Shown: in pieces, positions 54,146 to 64,000 of the stretch
How positions within the stretch are numbered: the first letter of the stretch is position 1
How the letters are laid out: each line of letters starts with the position of its first letter
DNA from: Paramecium tetraurelia
Lineage: Eukaryota
Assembly: GCA_000165425.1 (NCBI GenBank)
Contig: CT868119.1
Coordinates: 248,001-312,000, forward strand
Direction of reading: 5' to 3'
Length of the DNA stretch: 64,000 bases
Notes under the pieces: model-generated
The model's input: only the letters and a program-made list of their open reading frames with translations
What the model was told of the DNA's origin: nothing
Databases searched by the model: none
Position numbers and translations under genes: made by a program

Positions 54146-54754
54146 ATGTAATAAAATTAATGCGTATAGACTTCCTCATTTGAGTTGGCTTTTTAATTAT
54201 AAGATCTAATCTTTAGAGAAACAAAGACAAAATCTCCATCTCAATTATACAATTTTTCCACATCAACAAAAGCTATTTCATACTCAAAGTAAATAAAATA
54301 AATAAATTCACATCGAAGTATTGGTGAAATAAATACAAATATCTAATCTCCTGCCCCTCAAAAGCTTTTAGGTAAGGGAGTTGAAGGTAAAGCAATGTTG
54401 ACTAATCTAATGTTTCCTAGTCAAGTAAGGATGAAAGTGTCGATTATAGAATATAAGTAAGAGAAAAAGGATTAACCAATGTCAAAAAATATACATATGG
54501 CAAGGAGACTGAGTTAATACAACATGAATGAGTCGAAATCAGGGAGATAGTTTGAATGGATCAATAAATTTAATTTACAATTGCAAAAGTGCAATTATTA
54601 TGTGAATAATGAAAAATCAGTAAAATTAAAACCACAAAGAAAAAGACAGTTATCTGTAATAGATGATGTTCGACCAATAAGTTCTCAAAATCTTTTTATA
54701 AATGGAACTTAGAGTCAATTTTCAAGTCGAGCCAGGACACCAAATAAAAAATGA
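54146..54754 (+). CDS. Hypothetical protein (202 aa)
   Basis: Intronless ORF MQQNQCVQTSSFELAFQLQDL...RARTPNKK-TGA. It may be fused with the next gene if the A-run at 54746-54751 is miscounted. Confidence 0.65.
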
Positions 54755-54765
54755 TTAAATTAAAT

Positions 54766-56698
54766 ATGAATACTAAAATAACTTTGCGTAATTCAAAACA
54801 GAATAGCTTTCTGAGTTCATTCAAAACTACGCATCGACATACATTATCCTAGGGTATGGAACTAAAGTTTGAATCGCCTACAAACAGGGAAACTTCTGGA
54901 TTCACCTCTTTTTAATCCTTGAAATCTTCATCAATGCACTTGAAAAAATTAGTGAAATCTCCGACTTCATCACTATAATCTGCAAGATAATTCGATTTAA
55001 ATGAAAATTTTTTAAATAAGAGGACTTCAATAGTATAAATGATGCAAACTTTTTCAAACAATTATGAAATTATCTAGCAATCAGAACCCTTAGAAAATAT
55101 AGATTTGGAAAAATTGTTTCCAGTAGAAGAATAAAAGAAATTATAAAATAATGAAATAGTGTCTGATGAATCAAAGTTAAGAATATTTGAGTTAAAACAA
55201 GAGAGCAATAATTGGATCTCAATTAATAGATTTAGATTTCATTACTTTTCAATTAAAATTTAAGGTTAGGAATCGCCGATATAAGTTTACGTAAAATGCG
55301 ATTAATCAAGATTGCTTAATTACAGAATGTACATATCTACAACTGCTTCATTCCCTACTAAATTCAATTGTGAAGCAGTTGTATAATCTAAATATTTTAA
55401 ATATTAAGATAAAAAACATAACGATAAATTTTTGGATAAGTATTTATACATTGCAATATATTCTGAGGAGGACTGTGAAATTTCTATATCATTTCTTTAT
55501 GGAAATAAATTCATCAAAAAATAAAAACCCAAAAGAGAAAAGCCAAACTATGATAAATATAAATATTGGTGGCAGCAATAGAAATTTGATATGAGTTATG
55601 AAACAAATAAAATAAATAGCAATCTTGATACCAGGTAATACTCAAGAGAAGCACGAAAAGAGAAATTAATTCAATCGCAAGATTAATTAGATCTAAGATT
55701 AAAAAATGCAATGAGTAAGAAAAAGGAGTTATGTGAAGACAAAAAAATGGATTTATTATCCAAATATTAAGCAAATGAAGCTTTAAAAGAAATTAGAAAC
55801 TAACAAAAATTCAAATAAAGAATTAGATAAGCCCTAATAAAATTTCAAATCAGTTGGTTTGATATCTTTCTACTTATACATTTAGCTGAAAATACGAAAG
55901 TTATGTTAGATGTATTTTAGTTGATATCCTTAATTAGGAAGCAAAAAGGAGAAGCAAATATCTAGCCAAAGGAAGACTCATAGTTTGGAAGTATAGAACT
56001 ACAACTATGATTAAAATAAAAGAGAGTGGACAAACTGTTGATTAGAGAAATCTATTTAAATTATGTATGGCAATGTGTATGTACGCATTTCATAACAAAA
56101 AGAGAATAAAAACCGATGTATCTAAAGTATTAAGGTACTTTTTCACTCTAACTCATTAATATTGTCATTTCATTTAAAAACATTAGGAGCTAACGAATAA
56201 AGGTACGTAATCATTCATTTTTAGTAAATTATGTTAAAAGGGTATTTAGAAATTTAAAGTAAAAAGAAAAAGCTTATAAGGATAGATTATGGAGGATTCT
56301 TAACAAATACGCTTAGGAAATCCTTCATTCTTTGGGAGCACATTTTAGTAATCCTAAAAAGCGAACATACATCATTGATAGGTAATTAACTGACTTATCA
56401 AGAGTTCAGCACTAATGAAAGCAACGGAAGATTTTCTAACAACTAAAAAGAGAAAATGCTAACAATTTATTTAAAGCTATGTCAGAGAAAAAGATCAAAA
56501 ATAAGTAAAACTATAAATATTTTATAAAATAAGAGAGTAGTTGACCTCGCTTTAAATATGATGTAACCAGAAATGTTTGACACACCTTCATATGATGATT
56601 TATATGGAATTTTTCGTACTTACATTCTTTACAAAAAAATGACATCTCAACACTCATAACAATAATAACTCAAATCTTAACAAATATAAGAGCAATGA
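54766..56698 (+). CDS. Hypothetical protein
   Basis: MNTKITLRNSKQNSF...FHYFSIKIQGQESPIQVYVKC...MYISTTASFPTKFNC...QQIQEQ-TGA, multi-exon. Confidence 0.7.
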
Positions 56699-57355
56699 TA
56701 AATGATGATATATATTAAGTATTTAAATTTTAAATGTATAGATATATGCTTTATAAGCTATCATCAATAAAGTGAAAATTGTAAACTCTAATTTAATTTT
56801 CAATTAAATTATTAATATTAAAGACTTTTTTGAATTAAGCCTCTATTATTGATAATTATAAAGCTAAAACTATTCTATTTTTATTGTAATTGTTGCTATC
56901 AAAATATTGATTTGACACAAAGAAATAGCGAGACAGGAGAAGATATTATAAATTTATTTTATAAACTGTTATCCACCAGAATATGCTTATACAAGTTGAT
57001 ATTTATGTTATTTATTTTTATTGCCTATACTATTTTATTAAACATGAGAGTATTTAAGAAAATATAAGAATCAGATGTAATTATGGAAATTATATGATAA
57101 AATTGAATCAGATCAAGTTAACTTGGATATATTAGTTTTGAATAATAAAATGAAATTATACTTTTAAGGGATTAAAAAGTATAATCTATAATTAAATACG
57201 TATTATTTTTTCAATCAGTTCTAAAATTGAATGCTAAAGCAGTAGAGCATTTTATCCCATTACATACTGTTTTATAAAAGTTTTAAATAAATATTAGCGA
57301 ATTTAATTATTCAAGTTGTGTGTTTGGTTTAACTAGTTTATAATTAATATTTTAA

Positions 57356-58075
57356 ATGAAACTTTTAGTTATGCTTGTTTTGAATTTTATGCTAACATTC
57401 CAACAAATGGGTGGTGGAGGAGGAGGAGGTGGTGGTGGAGGAGGAGGTGGAAGCGGCGGTTCTGGTTATTATGATTCGAGCAGTGGAGAAGATTGCTCAG
57501 ATAGTTGTGTGATTTCAATCGCCACTATATTCTCATCAATCATTGTATTCTTTATATCTTTTCGATGTTACAAATCTGGTTATTTACGGTTTGATTGTTT
57601 TAAGATTAGAAAGGCAAAATAAAGTTTGCTTCAAAATTTCATCTAAACAGATAATATATCAACTAGAGATGAACTGTTATATGGATTAGAAATCCTTTAA
57701 AATTGCAATTGGAATATGATGTATTACCAAAAGGCATGGAATAATATAAGATTAGTTCAAAAGGAATTTAAAATAAACTATAATTAAGAACTTAATAAAT
57801 ATTACATTGATCTGAAATTAAGAGCACATGATTCAATCGGAGATTCAACTTACACTGGCCATATTAAATAAAGTAATAATCATTGGAGGATATTGATGAT
57901 TAAGACCTACGATGATAGGATTAAATCGCAATAATTTGGAGACTATGCAATATTGATTTATGAAGCGGTAACTAATTAACTACCTAATGGTTTTAACGGA
58001 AGATGGTACTTCTATGATGATTCTAAATCAAATGGAGAGTGGAAATGGTAAGGTTAGGAAGAAACACAATTATGA
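57356..58075 (+). CDS. Single-pass membrane protein with poly-Gly ectodomain
   Basis: Signal peptide, G14-SGGSG, CSDSC, TM VISIATIFSSIIVFFISF, and a beta-rich C-terminal domain (HDSIGDSTYTG...IKTY...FNGRWY...GEW). Intronless, 239 aa. Confidence 0.85.
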
Positions 58076-58746
58076 TAAACAAATATAAAATTTACATTAA
58101 AGGACCTTTAAAACAGTTGTCTTATTAAGATTTGATGTTTTGTTTTATTGTCATTTATTATAATGTAAAGTCTATATCTTTATTTTTGTTTTAACTTTAT
58201 ATTATTTTTAAGGATATTAAAATTAAACTATAAATTTATCTTTAATATTGTTAGTTAGAGATTATTTAATTTTGCTTTAGAATAAAGAAAGTTTTAATAT
58301 AAAAAGATATATATGATAAATTTATTTTTAACTAAAGATTTGATATTTTTTCATAAATTATTCCCTTTGTATTAAATAGTAGCGAAATAAAATTCAATAA
58401 TGATTCTGGGGATTAAGAAAAATGAAAGAATGATCCAAATATGCCATTTGAAAATGATTAAAAAACAGAATTTATAAAAAGATAAGGAGTATCATCAAAA
58501 ATTGTTGAGATGAAAGAAGCAAAATATTTTGAAAATCTTAATTTATAAAATAAAAGGACACGTAAATAAGCATAATGGGAACCAGTATTAAAGACAACTA
58601 ATTAAATTCGGTAATCAAATAGAATAATCAATTCATTATCTATTCTTTCTAATTTTATATTAGATTTTACAAAATATTAGTCGTAATATCAGCGAATTAA
58701 TAATTCTATTTATAATATTAATTATAACGAAAAAATAATAAAATTT

Positions 58747-59541
58747 ATGCAATAAATAATAGAACCCTCTGGAACTATGGGAGATTTGCTGTTTTCGTTA
58801 CAGCGATTTTCGTTAGAGGATGAAAAGCTAATTTAATATTTCGGAACTAGAATAATTAATTAAAATGAAATTTACTACATTAATTACTGCACTCCATTAG
58901 AAAAAAATTTATTTTTAAATTACCTTATAAATTTATTCTATTCAAATGATGATATCCCGAAGCAAGATATATTATATATAGATTCCCAACATAATTTTAA
59001 TATTCCAGAGAATATTTTTGTAGGCAATTGTTATTCAATTGAGGAGATAGTAATTCAGTTGAACTCAGCAAGGTATATACTAAAGAAGAATAGAAAAATA
59101 AGACTGATTATTATTGATTCCATTCATTAAAGATAGAAGGATAATAAAAGAAGAACTTCAAGAACAATAGGAGAAAAAATCTTATAATTTGATCGAGAAG
59201 TTGAATATGTTTTGGAAGAATTGATAAATTTATTAAGAGAATTCAATGCCATTGTGATTGTGCTTTGTTTAATGTAGTATCCTTAGAATACGATAAAACT
59301 ATCTCATAATTTTTAATTTCTAATTTCAGATAAAATAATAGGGTAATTGTTGGAGAATAATATATTCTTGATTCCTCCATTATTTTATGATTAAGAACTG
59401 TATAATTACGTTCAGAATAAGAACTAGAAGAACATATCATCTAGTTGTATTTCAATAATGGAAAGTAAAAGCAAGATAAAGTATTATATTTTTGATAGTA
59501 ATTAAATTATTTAAACTGGAGAAATAGCTCAGAATTTTTGA
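58747..59541 (+). CDS. RAD51-paralog-like protein (XRCC2-like), degenerate Walker A
   Basis: Intronless 264 aa. ILYIDSQHNF (compare VLFIDTDYHF), IFVGNCYSIEEIVIQL, Walker B IRLIIIDSI, LEELINLLREFNAIVIV. Confidence 0.65.
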
Positions 59542-59748
59542 ATATTGAACTTCTAAGATATATGATATTATAAAATATAAATAATATATTGTAATTATAT
59601 GGGTTATAGCTAATATGATTTTGAAGCAAAATAGGTGTAGTAATAATGAAAATTGGGTTGTTTAGAGACAGTATAATTGAACAAAATATAATATAAAATT
59701 AATTATTCGACACTAGGTTTAACCAATAATTATAAATTAATATAAAAG

Positions 59749-60696
59749 ATGGGCTAGAGTTGTGCATCTTGTTAGAATAAAGATGAATCTACTGCAGGCT
59801 ATAATTGTATGGAACAGAAGGATTAGTTTGATGAAGAAAACCTAGACGACAGTTAAGAATTTGATGCTAGTATTACATTATTATAGTCAAGAAAGTCCTC
59901 CATCTACATATCAATGTAAAACAATGGAAGCGGATATTCTGCAGTTTTAAAAGGTTATCCCAAAAGAGAAGGAAGAGGAAATTTTTGAGGAAAGAAAGGA
60001 ACAATAATTGGTATTTGAGGATAAATCGCGATATGAGGGTAGTATAGTAAATGGAAAGGCCAATGGTTTTGGAAAATTACACTTTGAAAATGGGGACTAT
60101 TATTAAGGTGAATTCGTTGATAATATGATGGAAGGAAATGGAACTTATAATTATGCAAAAGGTCCTTTTTATGAAGGGCAATTTAAGTCAAATAAACCAG
60201 ATGGTATTGGGGTAGAAACTTGGCCAGATGGATCTGTTTATGAAGGAGAATTTAAGGGAGGTCGAAAACACGGAAGAGGCTGTTATAAGTGGTATTAAGG
60301 CTGTTTTTACAATGGGGAGTGGAAGGATAATCTGATACATGGTATCGGAAAATATGAATGGCCTGATGGAAGGGTATGGTATAGTAAATATTGCAGTCTT
60401 ATTCTGGAAGTTGGGTTAAAAATAAAATGCACGGTCGAGGAAAATATATATGGAAAGATGGGAAGAGTTATGATGGAGAGTACTAGTATGATAAAAAAAG
60501 CGGTTTTGGCATATTCCATTGGCCTGATGGAAAATAGTACTAAGGTTAATGGTTGGATGGAAAGTAGCACGGAAAAGGATTAATGATAGGGAAGGATGGT
60601 AAGAAAAAAATAGGGTCTTGGTTGGAAGGCAAACTGATGAGTTCCATTGAGGATGACAATTTCTAAATTATACCAGACGGTTGGATTTAAGAATGA
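59749..60696 (+). CDS. MORN-repeat protein with N-terminal acylation motif
   Basis: MGQSCASC, repeats YEGSIVNGKANGFG, YEGEFKGGRKHGRG, YNGEWKDNLIHGIG. One +1 T near 59945-59948. Confidence 0.93.
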
Positions 60697-61177
60697 CAAT
60701 GATCTTATTATATTGTTCTCATAGTGATCTAATAGCAATTGTTTATATTGAACGCCTAACATAAAAATTTATTTTGGAACCTTTTTACAATATAATTTCA
60801 GTATTCCCTATTTCCGTTTCTATGAATTTATAACAATTTAGTTATTATTATTAAAGTTTGTGTTTTGAACATAGTTCCTTAAAAACTTAAATATTTATTA
60901 GTTTTATATTGAACATTTAGTTTAAAGGTTAAAAAATCTAAAAACTTATTGCTTAAGAAAATATCAGTTCTGACTAACAGAAATTCAAATCTATTCAATA
61001 ATATTAATAAAACTAACATATTAAATGTTAAAGTATCATTCATGTTAATTCAAGTTAACTTGTGATAAGATGTGATTCATCCTTTTACAAAATTAAAATT
61101 AAGCAAAATAATTTTGAATTAAATTTAGTATAAAATATTTAAGTTTTTATGTTAAATTAACCTCCAAATTATTAAAA

Positions 61178-62145
61178 ATGAAAAATAAAAGACAAGCACA
61201 ACATATTTCTGATGAATCTGGACTTACTTACTTTGAGGTATTCTAAAAGGCCATTTCAAAATTCGAAGTTGATAACTAAAAATAAAATCACAAGCAAGAT
61301 AGTGATCGAATAACAATATATGAGGATTTGAAATTGATCTTAGAATTATCTAAAATCAGTTAAATTGAACCACAGCATTTTGAAAAAATATCAGTACTGC
61401 TTAAAAGATCTAAAACAGTCTTAATGAAGAGGTAATAATTAAGGTTAGAGTAGATATCGAGAGTACTTAAAGAATATAAATCAAGATGACTTACAAACAA
61501 TATTTTCGTTTCTGTAACAAAACGGGGCTTATGGATATCTCATTTTTAATTTGGAAAACGGATCGTACAGATTATAAGACATTGAGCCAATAAAATAATA
61601 GGATTCTCCAAATAAGACCCCAATTCAAACACCAATAAAAAAAATATATCAGTAAACTGCACAAGCATCTGCAATCGATCATGCACAATAATAACAAAAG
61701 ATAGAGCCAGAATCCTTAAAAAAAATAAAACCAAATAATTTTTTTTAATTGTCTGCAAAGTAAAGTTCTTATTCAAACTTTTAGTTCAAAATATGACGTT
61801 TCTCATAAAAAAACCAACCCTTTTAAGTAAGAATAAGTTGTCTTAGATGCAGAGTAGAAACATGAATAAGAGGAACTTAAATTTACATTGAAAATACTAT
61901 CTGAAAGTTTAAAGATATCATATTAAGAATTATGTCAAAGGATGTATCAGTGTTCTGGAGATTTGAATACACTCTTGGATGTATACTTAAATCGTTAAGA
62001 AAATTTGCTTTGGACAAAGGAAGCAGATGAAGCCTTAAATGCTTACTTTATCGAGGAAAACTAATTTGAAAAACAAAAATTAAGAGCAATCCTACATGGA
62101 GAAGAGTAGATATAAAAGAGAAAGGAATGGTTATATGGAAAATGA
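61178..62145 (+). CDS. Rap1/TERF2IP-like protein (Myb domain plus RCT domain)
   Basis: Introns 61432-61453 and 61760-61784. Myb-like RITIYEDLKLILEL...KRSKTVLMKRYREYLK. C-terminal LSESLKISYQELCQRMYQCSGDL...LLWTKEADEAL...LHGEEQIQKRKEWL. Confidence 0.68.
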
Positions 62146-62200
62146 GAGTAGTAGTTTAACAGAATTAATGATTCTTATCAAATAAATTTTAATAACAAAC

Positions 62201-63081
62201 TCATTTATGTGCAGTAGCATCCATTTTAAGAATATCAGATGGCAACATGATGTGATTTCTAGATTCAGCTAAAATAGCAGATATCTCTCTTGCATATTCA
62301 ATCCTTCTGACATCCAAGAAGGCTAAAAGAACATTAAAATACAAAATACCTGGATTAGTTAAGGCAGATTTTCCTACTAATTCAATAGATTTAGCTTCTC
62401 CCAAGGCCTTGATTACAATACTTTTCTTGGCTTCTCTTGCTTATTCGACAACAAACTTGGCTCTTTCAGCTTCTTATTGAGCAACTTATTTAGCTTCAAC
62501 TGCTTCCAAATATTCTTTTCCAAAAGTGAGTTCTGTAATTGATACATCGTCGATTGCAATTTTGAATTAGGCTGCTCTTTAATCTAGGGCTTGTCTGATT
62601 TTGAATGAAACCTAATCTCTTTGACTCATCAATTAGGAGGCAGTATATTAGGCCACAACAGATCTCATAGTTTCATTAACAATGGAAGGTAACACTTTTT
62701 CATCATAATCAATTCCCAAATTTCTATAAATGGTTGGAAGATCATCACTGTAAGGTCTATGGAGTACTCTGAGAGTCAATAGAACATTTTGCATATCTTT
62801 TAGAATATTTTAAAAAGGGGGATACCTCTATTGGCTGTATTGGCCTTGATTTGTCTTGGTCTTGTCTGGATATTATAATCAATGGGGGTCTCGAAGTAGG
62901 GAATTCTGAAATGCCATCCTTCCTTGTACTTTTCTTCTTGGAGTCCGAAAAACTTGCTGAATTTGATAGCACAATGTCCAGGCTCAACAGTGAAAAAGCA
63001 ATTTTTAACCAAGAAAATGCCGAAAATACCTGCTGTTCCAAGACTCATAAGCATTTTTAAGGATTCTACTTAGGCAGCCAT
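62201..63081 (-). CDS. PHB2: Prohibitin-2
   Basis: [83 protein letters not shown]. Confidence 0.95.
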
Positions 63082-63123
63082 CTATCTAAGATTATATTTG
63101 TGTTGGAAATTTAATTAATTAAA

Positions 63124-64000
63124 ATGGGGGTACCCGCATTCTTCAGATGGCTTTGTGCCAGAAATCCAAAGGCTCTATTGGAAGTCTTGGAAAACTCAGA
63201 TGAATCCTGCTTGTCAAACAACCCAGATATTGATAATCTCTACCTTGATATGAATGGAATCATCCATCCCTGCTCTCATCCTGACTAAGGAGGCATTCCA
63301 ATTCCAGTCACATATGATGACATGTTTGTGAATGTATTTCACTACATAGATCGTTTAGTTGATATTGTTCGTCCAAAGGAATTGATATATATGGCCATAG
63401 ATGGTGTTGCCCCAAGAGCCAAATTAAATTAGCAAAGAAGTTTAAAAATACAATAAATCTATATAGGTCGTAGATTTAGAGCAGCCTAAGAATCCATTCG
63501 AATTCAGAAAGAAAAGGAACGTTTACGAGATTACTGGCGAACTTAAGGCTTAAATTCGGACGCTTTAAAATACATATATTGAGAAAAACTTTGATAGTAA
63601 CTAAATTACTCCAGGAACTGAATTTATGCAAAAGTTGAATATTGCCTTGCAGTATTACATTTATGATAGAATGAACAATGTAACAATAAATTTCATCTAA
63701 TATTAGAATCCTCTATTTAGAAATGTTCTCATAATTTTCAATGATTCAAGTATCCCAGGAGAGGGAGAACGACAAAATCCTTTAATTTGTTAGAGATCAA
63801 AGAAAACAAATGAATTATAAAACAGTTAGACATTGTTTGTATGGAGCAGATGCTGATTTAATTATGTTGGGTTTGAGTACACACGAACCATACTTCTATG
63901 TGATAAGAGAAACAATTATGGCTAATGATGATAAACAATGTTCCATTTGTTAATAAAAAGGTCATTTCTTTACCGATTGTAAAAAGAGAGAGAAGGTGAT
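63124..64000 (+). CDS. XRN2: 5'-3' exoribonuclease 2 (Rat1/XRN2); 5' part, runs off the window
   Basis: [68 protein letters not shown] (after indel correction), [15 protein letters not shown], and zinc knuckle [14 protein letters not shown]. Confidence 0.95.

Overview
Eukaryotic, very AT-rich, gene-dense DNA that reads as a ciliate macronuclear chromosome, most consistent with Paramecium. TAA/TAG are in-frame Gln codons (translation table 6), TGA is the only stop, introns are tiny (about 19-29 nt, GT...AG) and intergenic gaps are often under 50 bp. The supplied standard-code ORF track therefore fragments or misreads nearly every gene. Manual re-translation gives about 40 protein-coding genes. 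Recognisable ones include an ABCC transporter, HSF, RPS8, AGC/PKG/AMPK-like kinases, a PCM/Grt-type crystallin protein, POP1, a P4-ATPase, LMBR1, two MORN proteins, glutaminyl cyclase, OPA3, ABHD17, two MFS transporters, EF1-gamma, syntaxin, PHB2 and XRN2. The most interesting results are divergent proteins the ORF track misses or misreads: a Myb + Rap1-C-terminal (RCT) protein resembling telomeric Rap1, an XLF/Cernunnos NHEJ factor, an XRCC2-like RAD51 paralog lacking Walker A, a HOOK-like dynein adaptor and a possible TFIIF-beta. These family calls come from by-eye motif comparison and need profile or structure searches. There is one 150-N gap and several single-base insertions that look like pyrosequencing errors. 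No tRNA, rRNA, CRISPR array, telomere or intact transposon was seen.
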